Shown piece after piece: positions 18,449-29,900 of a stretch of 64,000 bases of DNA; position 1 is the first letter of the stretch; every line of letters starts with the position of its first letter. The notes below the pieces were generated by a model. It ran no database searches, was not told the origin of the DNA, and saw nothing but the letters and a program-made list of their open reading frames with translations. Source of the DNA: a virus (lineage: Duplodnaviria; Caudoviricetes); the IMG/VR virus record IMGVR_UViG_3300029314_000064, positions 1-64,000 of that record, one strand, 5' to 3'. Made by a program: the position numbers and the translations under genes.

Positions 18449-21400
18449 CAGAGCACCTCTTCAAGATTCAAAGAAACAGATCCAAGAAGACCATCTCTCT
18501 TAAGATTAACATTACTAGAGGATACTCTAACCATATAGAAATCTGTTGTCATTTTTTTAATTCCATAAACATTCAGTAATGACGATTCATTAAATTGTCC
18601 TTTATTATTAGGATCTTTTTTGATATTTAAATCTTGAGGGATAAAATAGAATACATCTTTAGTTAAAGAAATATTCTTTAATAGATTCTGTATTTGTCCA
18701 AATTGTTTTCTGTGTCCTACTTCTGAAGCACTGTATTGAATATTGAAAGACTTAATATCTTTATTATTTGATAGCTGAATAGGTACGCCTCTTCCTGATA
18801 ATTTTTGCTGAAGCACAGTTGGACTTCTTTGCGTATAAGAAAAACCATTTTGTAATGGATTCTCTGCCTCTTCAAAAATACCAAACGAAATACTGCCTAT
18901 TCTAGCAAATCCATCATACGGTGGATCTCTATTTGCAGATGCTATTCCAGCAGGGCTAGAACCTGGAAGTATATCTGCTGAAGTCATATCTATTAATATA
19001 TGTCTTGCGACTATTGTTTTAGGAAGAACAAACAAATGTTTATTCTCTTGGACATATACATTTTCTCCAATTAACATACCTGACTCAAAAAATCTATTTC
19101 CTGTCATAACTCCAAAGTAATCTTTATCAAAAAATTTGAAAGTCATCATAGCTGAAGCATCATCAAACCACTGGCACGCAGTGCATCTCATTGATAAATA
19201 GTAACCATAATTATCAGTATAAATATATAAATCTTTTCCAACTATACCTCTATTACGAACATAACTTAAAAAGTTAGAATCATAAACTAATAATGTATTA
19301 CGATCAACAATTGAAGATAGAAAATCAACAAAAAATCCTTGACTTGTTGTATCTTCAGTAAGTGCCTGATCATATCTATATATCATAAATGCAGTGTAAT
19401 CAGGATACATAGGAGCATTATCTTGGCTTGGTGCATAATGTAACTTCATTCCATTGATATTATGATTATAAAGCGCAACAGAATTAAAAGCTACATTTTG
19501 TCCGAAGTCTATAGTGATAACTTGCGGGGTTGTTGCATCATAACTTTCCCAAGAAATAGAAGGTCTTATATCCATCAGCTTACTTGGACTGTTCTTTTGT
19601 TGTAACGAATTAAACTCAAACACAGTATTGGCTGTAGCATCGTTCCCAGACCACGCGATTCTCGCTCCATTCGGCAAATAGGTATCGGTCGGTAGGCAAG
19701 GCTGGGGCAATACTGCGTCAGTTCTCAGACCCAATAGGCTGTTTGTGATTAGAGTATTCATTCCTAATGAAGACCATCCCTCAGAATGATATTTGAAAAA
19801 CACAGCATTCGTTGCATCACCAGTAATAGATGAAGGCCATCTCCACATATTCCCAATTTTAATTCCTGTATCTGCAATAAATGCAGCAGTTCCAGCAGTA
19901 CAAAGATTATAATATAACATTGTCCAATCTCTATTGTTTTCGTATTTTGCAAACACTCTGTGTGCGTGCGTATTATCTAAAGTACGAAAACGATTTAGAG
20001 TTACTAAAAATTCAATATTTCTTGTTGCATCCCATCCTGCAATAGCTCTATACATATTCTGATCTACAGAACCAGAAGATCTAATACCTATATGATCCTT
20101 ACCTAATAAAATTTGAACTCCTGTTTTATTTGTATTCCCAACAGCAGTCTGAGCCAAGCATGAATAATGAACCATGCTTGTTATATCTCTATAAAAAACA
20201 GAATCTAGAGAGCATATAAAATGTGAGAACATTCCTCTAGTTGAATCTACATCGTGTTGGCATCCACGATTTCCTTTAAATGTGTTTGCAGTATTTCCTT
20301 GATGTTTCAAATCGCATCCAAAACTTCCTAATGCAACACCATCTGCTCTCATAAATTGTATTTCCCAATATTTTTTAGTTGGGAAAATTGTTCTTACTGT
20401 ATTACTTGTTGGCGCTCCCGCATCAGCTTCCCATCCTACATAAGTTGAATCAGGATACCTAGCGGGAGTCAAATAATTTATTTTTCTTGGCTTAATATTA
20501 AGATTAGACCATCCAGGTCTATGAATCAAAACTGGAATATGATAATCAATGCAGTCGTTAATGGTTGATGCGAGAGAAGGAACTATACCTTGGATAATTT
20601 TCATTCCAAGCATAAAGTAAGAATTCTTGTATTCTGTTGCAGCAACAATAAAGAAATTATTTCTTGGATACTGCCAATCTAAGGCAGTTGTATCATTATA
20701 TTGAACTTCGCTGTAATCTCCAATAATAGAATCATAGTGGTGCGAAAGAGAAGATAAATTATATCTTCTTCCTGAAAATGTTCTTTTATGTCCATGTGAA
20801 GGGCCAATTAGTTTTCTAGCTCTCCATGGAGAATTTGCAAATTTAAATTGAGATAAATAAGAATCTGTAACTTTTTTCATCTCAATTGGAATCATAAAAG
20901 GATTTGGTATCCAACTAAATTTTCCTAGTTGGTTGCTAACAGAAAAGTCTGCATATTCATCGAAAGAGTTAGTGCTTAAATCAACATTAGTATTCCTATA
21001 CATCATGCCACCATTCGCAATCAAATAAGTAATATTATTAGAATCTGTAAAAGGAACCAATCTCTGCAGGAAATTTGTTGTTGGATATCCTGTTGCAACT
21101 CTATCAGCTAACGAAAAAGCATAGGTTGGAGTATTGTCTGTTGCTCCATCTCCAATAACATTTGTGGCAGACATGTTCTGCATCAAACAAACATCCCAAT
21201 TTTTTAATTCATTAGATAAATTATTCATTACAATCATTACTGTTGGAGAGTATCTGTTTGATCCAGTTGGAGAAAGCCTGACCATATTGAACACGAAAAA
21301 TTTTGAATTCTTAGGATCATATGTTAAACATGAGTCTTGTATTGTCCATGTATAATTATTCATATGTCTTTGTATTAAAACATTGAAATCTATTTCGCTT

Positions 21401-22491
21401 GTCTTAAATGTTCTTCCTAAGTCTTCAGAATAAAATACAGTTCCTGATCTCGTAGGTGTATTAGATTCTGCTGTGTTTGTTGTAAATCCACAAAAACAAA
21501 CAATCTTATTTTCTGCATAAACCATATTGAAATTTATAGGAAATGTTATAGAACCATGTGTTCTACCAGACACAGGATTACTGTATGAGTTAAATGGAAT
21601 TTTAACTTCAGAATAATCTGACCAAGTAACTCCATTATCTTTAGATAATTTAAAATGAATAAAATAATCAAAAGTCGTATTATTTAAATCATATGCTCCA
21701 ATCTTAACATATCCAATAAGTAATCCTAATTTATCAACATATATCATTTTTGGATTATGTTTAGAATTTCTTAAAGTAGGACCGAATAATGCATTTATAT
21801 TTTCTTCAACCATAACTGGATTACCAAATGTTCCATCTGTATCAACAAATCTGGAATGCCAGAGTGTTGCGGTGAATGTAGTTGCATCAGGTCCATAAAT
21901 AGAATTGAAACACAGACTTAATCCTGTTGGTGTAGCACACAAGTCTCCATGCCCAAAAGTATTTGGAGCACTGGCTGCATTTCTGTCTCCTGAGTACCAA
22001 TTGAATTTTCCACCAAAATCTCTTAATACTTCAGTCATATAATTATCAAATCTATCTCTACCTAAATAACTACCTAATGCTCCTTCTCCAACTTCCTTAT
22101 AAATAAAATGTGGTGTTTGAGGTTGAATATTCTGATGACCAATCTCTTGAGCAGAGTGACTTGAACCAATAGTTAATCTGCCTGCCTCAGGATATTCAAT
22201 ACCTAATAAAGGTTGATAATCGTCTACGCTTGGCTCTATAAATCTAGGACCACCCTGAAACCATGGTGTTGTAGAATCAAGATAAACAATTAATCTAGGA
22301 TTTTCTGAGTCAAGATGATTAATTTCTCTTTGATCTAATATGATCGGCTTTAAACCACTAATGTATGTGGTATTGTCCTGATCCAACGAAAATGTTTTCA
22401 CAACTTTAGAAGTTTTATTAGATCCAATACTCTTTGGATTAATATTAACTGGCCTCATAAATCCGCCATCAAAAAAATTGCATATAGGCAT
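18448..22491 (-). CDS. Large minor tail protein with Asp-box (BNR/sialidase-like) repeats
   Basis: SKDNGVTWS and SEDLGRTF Asp-boxes; C-terminal region homologous to 22491..26930; located in the tail module. Confidence 0.7.
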   Translation of the reverse strand: MPICNFFDGGFMRPVNINPKSIGSNKTSKVVKTFSLDQDNTTYISGLKPIILDQREINHLDSENPRLIVYLDSTTPWFQGGPRFIEPSVDDYQPLLGIEYPEAGRLTIGSSHSAQEIGHQNIQPQTPHFIYKEVGEGALGSYLGRDRFDNYMTEVLRDFGGKFNWYSGDRNAASAPNTFGHGDLCATPTGLSLCFNSIYGPDATTFTATLWHSRFVDTDGTFGNPVMVEENINALFGPTLRNSKHNPKMIYVDKLGLLIGYVKIGAYDLNNTTFDYFIHFKLSKDNGVTWSDYSEVKIPFNSYSNPVSGRTHGSITFPINFNMVYAENKIVCFCGFTTNTAESNTPTRSGTVFYSEDLGRTFKTSEIDFNVLIQRHMNNYTWTIQDSCLTYDPKNSKFFVFNMVRLSPTGSNRYSPTVMIVMNNLSNELKNWDVCLMQNMSATNVIGDGATDNTPTYAFSLADRVATGYPTTNFLQRLVPFTDSNNITYLIANGGMMYRNTNVDLSTNSFDEYADFSVSNQLGKFSWIPNPFMIPIEMKKVTDSYLSQFKFANSPWRARKLIGPSHGHKRTFSGRRYNLSSLSHHYDSIIGDYSEVQYNDTTALDWQYPRNNFFIVAATEYKNSYFMLGMKIIQGIVPSLASTINDCIDYHIPVLIHRPGWSNLNIKPRKINYLTPARYPDSTYVGWEADAGAPTSNTVRTIFPTKKYWEIQFMRADGVALGSFGCDLKHQGNTANTFKGNRGCQHDVDSTRGMFSHFICSLDSVFYRDITSMVHYSCLAQTAVGNTNKTGVQILLGKDHIGIRSSGSVDQNMYRAIAGWDATRNIEFLVTLNRFRTLDNTHAHRVFAKYENNRDWTMLYYNLCTAGTAAFIADTGIKIGNMWRWPSSITGDATNAVFFKYHSEGWSSLGMNTLITNSLLGLRTDAVLPQPCLPTDTYLPNGARIAWSGNDATANTVFEFNSLQQKNSPSKLMDIRPSISWESYDATTPQVITIDFGQNVAFNSVALYNHNINGMKLHYAPSQDNAPMYPDYTAFMIYRYDQALTEDTTSQGFFVDFLSSIVDRNTLLVYDSNFLSYVRNRGIVGKDLYIYTDNYGYYLSMRCTACQWFDDASAMMTFKFFDKDYFGVMTGNRFFESGMLIGENVYVQENKHLFVLPKTIVARHILIDMTSADILPGSSPAGIASANRDPPYDGFARIGSISFGIFEEAENPLQNGFSYTQRSPTVLQQKLSGRGVPIQLSNNKDIKSFNIQYSASEVGHRKQFGQIQNLLKNISLTKDVFYFIPQDLNIKKDPNNKGQFNESSLLNVYGIKKMTTDFYMVRVSSSNVNLKRDGLLGSVSLNLEEVL

Positions 22492-25400
22492 TAGTTAATC
22501 TCCTCAACATCCAAAGAGATAGTATGGATGCCATCGTTTGTTCTTTCAAAATCAGGTTCATTAATTATTCTACATAACATAAATTCTCTAGGATTATCTT
22601 CTTGATCATCAAACATCCAAAGTGTCTTATTTGATCCATATAATTCAACAAACATATTTCTTAATTTCTGAGCCTGTATAGGATTCGTAGTCGTGTACTT
22701 AAATTTCTTGGATTTCCTAACTCTTGACGTCTCAAATGAAATAGAACTTAGGTTCTCAAAATTAACCTTTTGCTGGCTAGATAAAAGAGCAATATCTGAA
22801 TCTGAATCTATATCATCTTCTAGGTGAGTAATCCTTCCTATATCAAACTCACCAATCTCTCTGTACTTTTCATAAAATATTCTACCTTGTGCAGTTTCAT
22901 CTCCAATTAATGGACCATTACCTGATTGCGCTTCAGGAATTCTTATTCTCCAGTATGAATAAGGAGATGTAGGATTTATTCTTACACTCAGGTTACCGTC
23001 ATATATTAAATATCTCATTCCAGCAGTTAAATCTATAAGCCTGTTTCCGATATAGAAAGTTATATTCTTTTCGTCATTGTCTAATATTTTAAAGACAACA
23101 TGCTTATAATTAACTGACTCATATCTGCATTGTTCAAACTGAATAAATTTTCCTGCATGTTCACCAGGACGCCAAGACTTATTTGGATCATTAAATGATA
23201 AAGTTGTTGAATACGTATCAGCTAAATATCCAGTTGTTGAATGTAATTCTGCATCTATAACACCTTCATCATCATCAAAGAATATTTCCTTAGAATATAA
23301 AGCTGGAGTGACAGCATTCGCCATAGACTGATTTGCTGCTTCAACAAAACATCTTCTAAAATTAGCGTTTCTAAAAACAACCATATTGGCTGATAATGTA
23401 TATATTCCATTATCTGTTGCATCCATTACTATAACAGATGTTGTAGAATCAGAAACAGATCTCCAAACTTTAAAAGGTTCTTTTTCTAGAATTGTTGATA
23501 CATGTGTTGCTGAATCGATTTCGAAAGTAAACTTATCATTTTTTTCTCCTTCGAAACCCTTCCATGCACACACAATATTATTATCATGATTATTCGAATC
23601 ATTAGGATGACATGTAAAACCATTATAATATTCTTTGTCTGTTTCTGTAGATCTATTTGTTATTCCTTCACCAGGGTGCAATAATCTAGATCTTCTTGTT
23701 GTCTGTGTTGGAGCAAGAGTTCTTGATGCAAATAAATACTGAACATGGAATGGCGTTACTGCTCCAGTTCCAATCACAATTGTATTCACGATGGCGCCAA
23801 CATCTGTAAATGGACTTACGAAATCTAATTTTTTATCCCAAACAATTTTTTTATTATCTGATAAATCTAAATTCTCAGAATAAATTTGGCCATGGTATGA
23901 ATTATCTGTTGTTCTTTCAACAACATATCTGTACTTTCTTAATTTTTTAGGATCAACAAGTGCTTTTCCTAATCTTGCATTTGTATTTCTATCATAAGCC
24001 CATATAGATGTTATATCCCAACCGACAGCAATTGCTGATTGTTCCCATGAGGCAGCAGCTAATTTCCTTCCTTCTAAATAGAAGCTTATTGCTCCACCGG
24101 CATTGGTTGTATCTGTATAAATAGGTTCATTAAACATTCTCCATTCAGATTTAAACCCACCACGATATACAGCACCTATTCCTACATACACATTATAAGG
24201 TCTATCTAAATATCTTTTCTCTCCATCGCTTTGAATCGCATAATCTGTTGAAACATTAATTAATGCACCAGCGATAGTTGAATCAACAGAAACACTACCA
24301 CCTAAAACATTTAATTCCTGAGGATACAAAAATCCCTCATCAAAATCTAGTTCTGTTGGCTCATTAGAAGAAAGACCATATTTCATTATTGTAAAATAAG
24401 TTTGAATAGAACTTGATCCTTCAGCTGATGTTGTCAGTAATATATTATCATCCGAATCTACTGTTGAATTACCAATATATCTTGCCTTTGAAGAAGCTGC
24501 CTTTCTAGAACACTGAAGAAATCTTCCCATTAATTCAAATTGGGTTTTGTTGAAATTTGTTCTTAATAATCCAAATGATGTTGCATCTAATGTTCCTGGA
24601 AGAACACCAACAATATCTCCAAAATTATCAACAGCGCAATGTATTTTCTTATGGAATGTTCTTGATACTCCAATTGTAATGGGCGCATAGATATAAAAAT
24701 CACTTATCCAACCTGAAGATAAGAAACTTTCAAAATTATCAAGTGATCCATTTGGCATATATGGACCACGCAATATTTCAACATTTCCTGTATTAAGGCC
24801 AACAAGTCCAAGTGTAAATCTCTTTTGAACATTATCAAAGCATGGAGAAATTCTATATATGGTATCATCATTCTTAAGAATTGAATATTTTAGATAATTT
24901 GTAAATGTATCTTTTGTTGAATAATTATCTTTCATTGTATGATAAATCTTTAATTTAGGAGCAAAATGACCAGAAGTTATTTGTGATGTAGAAACGAATG
25001 TGAAAATAGATTTATCATTTCCAGGTATCTTCAAAGATACAACATCTTCTGAATATGTATGAACATCCTGGAATTCTATAAAGCTAAATGAAGAACCAGA
25101 CCTAGCAAGTGACCATGTAGTCCCACTGTCAAAACTTTCATAGAAAACACGACACACAAATCTGTGAGATTGACTGGTATTAAGATAATCGCAATTCATC
25201 GCCAGAACGTGTTTATCTGGAAACACAAGTATATCTGCCTTGGGTGTGGCAAAGTTAAAAGTCAGAGTCCGTGACGCACCGTCAGGCTGATACATTTGAT
25301 TAACAATTGTAAGCGGAGCAGTCGCATTGACTGCAACTCTAGATCCAAGTGTTTTTGTTATGAAATTAAATACTCTAGTATGAACTCTAAAATTTGTGCC

Positions 25401-26930
25401 GTCGGATACAGTTTCAAGAACATAATAACTTGTTGAGTCTCTATCAAATACTTTGTACTCATCACGGATCGGTGTTTCTCCAGCAGTTGCGGTGATGAGC
25501 ATATGTTCAATTACTGAGAATTTAGCTTCTCTTCCATACCAATATGTAGAATCATTGAATAAATATTGCGGTAAATCATTCTGTCCAACAGATGCCTTAC
25601 TGTTAAAGAATGCGCTTGCGCCACCGAATGTATTCAGTAGGTTTGTTGAATCAGTTCCAAACGCATATCTTTCCTGTAATGTTCCATGCTTGCAGATTTG
25701 TAGGGCATATGTCTTATCTAATCTAACTGTCGAATTATTTAAGGAAAGACTTGGATAAGTATTTCCATAATTTGTTGTTTCTCTATAAACATCACCAATA
25801 TACAAATCAGTATTTAGATCTTCTGTTTTTGCCTTATTGAATAAATTATCAAACATAAACTGAGTTGTTCTTCCACTCAACATGTCTGTTTTTTCAAATG
25901 AAGCAATACCGGAAATATTAGTGATTTTATTCACAGCACCAACAATATCCTGAACAGTAAGTATAACACTTGTATCTGAAGTCTGACCTCTTGGTTTCGA
26001 AAATCCTTCAACAGTATCGCCAGTTATTTTATGTATTCTTAAGTCTGTAGGATTTAAATCTCTATTAAAAGTTACAGCAGGTAATGAATCAAATCTATTA
26101 ATCTGGACCATTGGCTCAAATATAGTATCAACTGTTGCTACTCTTATGTGTATGTCAGGACTCATATTTTGTCCATTAGAATTAAAAATAAATTTATTTA
26201 ATGAGCCACCACCAAGAGCGTGCGGGAATGAATTGATAAAAATATCTACTTTATTTTTGAATAATTTACAAAATGTATTCGTATAATCTACATCCCTAGA
26301 GTCTACTCCATAATTCCATTCGCAGATCAATCTATTGCCTGCCCTAGCAAATCTAATCTGACGTATAGGAGTACCACAAATAAGTTCCTTAAATAAAGTC
26401 GTATCTCCAAATTCACCGATCGTTGATTCTGTTTTTGAATACAACTCTATTAATGGATTATTTGCTTTATTATAGAAAATTCTAAATCTTCTCTTAGAAT
26501 CTAAAGGAGAATCTAATTGAGCATAAAAACTTCCTAATACTGTACTGTCTGGTCTGCTGTTTAATCCAAAATTAATTGATGCAGAAGAATCAGTGTATAA
26601 ATTAAGAATATCCATCTTTCCAAATCTAAACTGGAAATTAAAATCGGTCGTACTGTCTCCGCCATAACTACCGAATCTTATATATCCATTTACAGGATAT
26701 GCGGTAATTGTGGCTTTCAGTATTCCGAATCTATTAGAAAATGTTAAATCCCTATCTATATTTGCGTCACTTACTGTCGGATCCAACCATGATGTTGGTT
26801 GTGTCGCAAAGTTAGTTGTTAGAGAAGATATATTAAATACTGTCGAATCTGTTGATAAAATTTTGACGAATCGCTCTTTGTTTGAACTTAATAGAATCGG
26901 ATTCAATCTGTCATAGTTTAGGATGGGCAT
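22491..26930 (-). CDS. Large minor tail protein (distal-tail position) with Asp-box
   Basis: Immediately after the tape measure; SFDSGTTWS Asp-box; paralogous C-terminus to the next gene. Confidence 0.7.
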   Translation of the reverse strand: MPILNYDRLNPILLSSNKERFVKILSTDSTVFNISSLTTNFATQPTSWLDPTVSDANIDRDLTFSNRFGILKATITAYPVNGYIRFGSYGGDSTTDFNFQFRFGKMDILNLYTDSSASINFGLNSRPDSTVLGSFYAQLDSPLDSKRRFRIFYNKANNPLIELYSKTESTIGEFGDTTLFKELICGTPIRQIRFARAGNRLICEWNYGVDSRDVDYTNTFCKLFKNKVDIFINSFPHALGGGSLNKFIFNSNGQNMSPDIHIRVATVDTIFEPMVQINRFDSLPAVTFNRDLNPTDLRIHKITGDTVEGFSKPRGQTSDTSVILTVQDIVGAVNKITNISGIASFEKTDMLSGRTTQFMFDNLFNKAKTEDLNTDLYIGDVYRETTNYGNTYPSLSLNNSTVRLDKTYALQICKHGTLQERYAFGTDSTNLLNTFGGASAFFNSKASVGQNDLPQYLFNDSTYWYGREAKFSVIEHMLITATAGETPIRDEYKVFDRDSTSYYVLETVSDGTNFRVHTRVFNFITKTLGSRVAVNATAPLTIVNQMYQPDGASRTLTFNFATPKADILVFPDKHVLAMNCDYLNTSQSHRFVCRVFYESFDSGTTWSLARSGSSFSFIEFQDVHTYSEDVVSLKIPGNDKSIFTFVSTSQITSGHFAPKLKIYHTMKDNYSTKDTFTNYLKYSILKNDDTIYRISPCFDNVQKRFTLGLVGLNTGNVEILRGPYMPNGSLDNFESFLSSGWISDFYIYAPITIGVSRTFHKKIHCAVDNFGDIVGVLPGTLDATSFGLLRTNFNKTQFELMGRFLQCSRKAASSKARYIGNSTVDSDDNILLTTSAEGSSSIQTYFTIMKYGLSSNEPTELDFDEGFLYPQELNVLGGSVSVDSTIAGALINVSTDYAIQSDGEKRYLDRPYNVYVGIGAVYRGGFKSEWRMFNEPIYTDTTNAGGAISFYLEGRKLAAASWEQSAIAVGWDITSIWAYDRNTNARLGKALVDPKKLRKYRYVVERTTDNSYHGQIYSENLDLSDNKKIVWDKKLDFVSPFTDVGAIVNTIVIGTGAVTPFHVQYLFASRTLAPTQTTRRSRLLHPGEGITNRSTETDKEYYNGFTCHPNDSNNHDNNIVCAWKGFEGEKNDKFTFEIDSATHVSTILEKEPFKVWRSVSDSTTSVIVMDATDNGIYTLSANMVVFRNANFRRCFVEAANQSMANAVTPALYSKEIFFDDDEGVIDAELHSTTGYLADTYSTTLSFNDPNKSWRPGEHAGKFIQFEQCRYESVNYKHVVFKILDNDEKNITFYIGNRLIDLTAGMRYLIYDGNLSVRINPTSPYSYWRIRIPEAQSGNGPLIGDETAQGRIFYEKYREIGEFDIGRITHLEDDIDSDSDIALLSSQQKVNFENLSSISFETSRVRKSKKFKYTTTNPIQAQKLRNMFVELYGSNKTLWMFDDQEDNPREFMLCRIINEPDFERTNDGIHTISLDVEEIN

Positions 26931-29900
26931 TATTTTTTACCTTTTTCAAAGTTCTCACGTAGAATCCGAGCCAACTCGCCTTGATCATTACTAAATTGTT
27001 CAACAATAGTATCTTGGACTTTTTGTGCAGCATCCTCAGAAGAGAAGTTACAATTATTGAAATTCACAATAACTTCAACTTTTTGCGAACCACCACTACC
27101 TAATCCTCCGCTGCTGCTACCACCGCTTACATCATATCCTGTGAGTCCTGATGTATTGATGGCAGAAACAAAAGCACTCTCTAGTGCGACTGTATTGTTG
27201 GCACCAGCACCAGTAGATGGACCAGAACGCTCATCATAAAAATTATCAAGATAAAATTCTCTAGTGTTTTGGTTCAATGAATTTAAATCTGAACCTGACC
27301 CTGGCGAAGGAGAAGGAGGAGTAACTCTACCTCTTTCTACTCCATTATAGACATCAAGGAAATCATTAACCATACTGTCCTTGCTTAGTCTAGAATTATT
27401 CTTAATATTATCAACATTTCTTGGATTGTTCATAAAATCTAGAACACTGACACCAAGTTTATCAGCAGCTTCCTTACTGATAATATACTCGCCTGCTGTT
27501 ACATTCGCCGTGACTGCATCTCTTCCAGATGGACCTTTAACCAGACCACCCTTGGCGAATCCAGGAATATTAAGATTACCTATAGTCTCTCTTGCTCCAG
27601 GAATCAAATCTATAATTCCATTAATAAAATCTGCCAGTTTTTGAATCATTGTATCTTTTGCAGTTGAAAATCTTTCAACCAATGTTTCAAAGCCTGTTAC
27701 AAACCGGTCAATAGATTCTCTAAACAAATCAAATCCTGCACTAATGGTTTCTTGATTATCCTGGAAGAATTTGATCGCCTGAGCGACCGCATACATGATA
27801 ATAATAAAGTTTCCAAATGAAGTAGTTAAACCAAGAAGTATAAGAACCAATGGTTCTATTTTAGTTCTTATTTCTTCAAAATAAGGAGCCAAGAATGCAG
27901 CAACAGCAGCTAATTTTTCTGCAACAAAATTCACAGCTTCAATTGCTAACTTAACAGTGTACAGAATTAATATCAAAGTGCCTAAAACAGTTATCAAGGG
28001 CAATAGACCAATTATTACTAAGGCAGTAAGCAAAGGTACCAGGACTGGCATTAACTCCTTCACAAGTGGAGTCAGAGGCTCTAGAACCTGAAGTAATACT
28101 GTACTGAGTGAAAACAGCAATTCACCTAACTCTGCTAATGTTCCATCAGAAATTAAATCAGAAATAACTTCTTCAAATATTTTTGCAAATTCTTCAAATA
28201 CTTGATTAAGTAAAGAAACGGCTGTAGAAAGAGCTGGAGCCAACAACTGAATGAAAATCTTACCTAATTGAGAGAATAGGCTGAACACAGTTTTAATTGC
28301 TTTCTGTAGGCCACCATCTTTAAACACAGAGAACAGTGATCTAAATATATCTCCGAAAGTATCAAAAATACTAGAGAAGCTTTTCCCTAATTCTTGGAAT
28401 AATCCAATAAACTCATCTCCAAATCCCTTAGCAAACAGAGAGCCAATAAATCCAGTAGCTTGTTCAACTATCTGTGGAAGTATTTCAAGGAAAGCTTCAA
28501 ACAGTGTTCCTGCGACATCAGGAAGATTCGTTATAATTGTTTCAACAACAGCACCAATTAAATCATTAATTTCTGTTAAAAATCCAGCACCACCAAGTAA
28601 GGTTGAAAATACACCTTTTAGAAGTTCAGGAATTTTCTTAATGAATTTAGGTGCTTGTTCAATAATATCCCTAATAAATCCATCAATAATTTTCAAGAAT
28701 GGATTATCTTCGCCTGTTGTAAGACTAGAAATAGATCCTATTGCTGAATCTATAATTCCTGGAATACTTGATGCAAGTGATGTAATCAATTGTGGAGCAG
28801 CTTGAACAAGTCCTGAAACAAATTGAGGACCGGCAGCAGCAAGAGTTCCGCTCAATTTTTCTGAAACCAAAGTAAATGTATCTGCAAATGCATTAAAATT
28901 GCTTGGATCAAAAATACTCTTCAGGCCAAGTATAAAAACATCAATTAAATTCGGAAGATTATCTTTAAAGAAATCAAAAAATTCTGCACCCGCTGCTTGA
29001 ACCAAATTAACGAATGCACTTATTAATCCGCCACCTGATAAAAACACGGAAAGCATTAAAGCAGGTAGTGCATCAAAAACAGAAGAAATAATAGGAACGA
29101 CAGCGCGTAATGCTTCAGGAATTATTTGAACAAATCCTGTTGCTATTTGAGGAAATACAGCAGAAATAGCAGCGCCGAAACTTTCTCCTACTTTTTTAAG
29201 AACATCTCCTCCTACCAATACATCAACGATTCTACCAATTCTTCCTGACATATCACCTATTTGTTTATCAATTTCTTCAGGAACCTTACTTAGTGAATCA
29301 AGGAATGATTCAAATTCCGCCTGTGGCGCAGTAAGAATTTTCGTAATAACTGGAATCAAACCTGCAAACCCTTGAATAACAGCACTAAAGAATTGCGCTG
29401 CTGCTCCTAATGCAAATCCACCTATGGCTCCAGCCGCGCCTGCAAGGCCTCCTATGGTCTCACCAAGTCCAGCCCCTAAACCACCGATTGCTTTACTTAG
29501 ATTATCAATAACAGGATTCAAGAAAGCTGGAATACCAGTTAGAACATCTGCTACAGTTTCTGCTAAATTAGCAATAACCTCTCCAGTAATTCCCGCCACT
29601 GCCGTTAAGTTTCTAGACAATTGTTCTTGAATAGCTAGATTCTTTTCTTTTTCTGCATCAATCTCATCGTCTTTATTTTGCTTCTGTAAATCTTCTAACT
29701 TATCAAAGAAATCAAAGTAGCTTATTTCATTTCTCTTTAATTGTTCTATTAAGTCGGCTCTTTGATTATTATAGGTCTTCGCAATATTCCTGCGTGTTTC
29801 TGCATAATTTTCTAATATTTCTGCATTAGCACCAACAACATCTTCTAAGAAAAATGTTAATAAACCAGGAATAGATTCCTTAAATAATTTTTCAAAAGAC

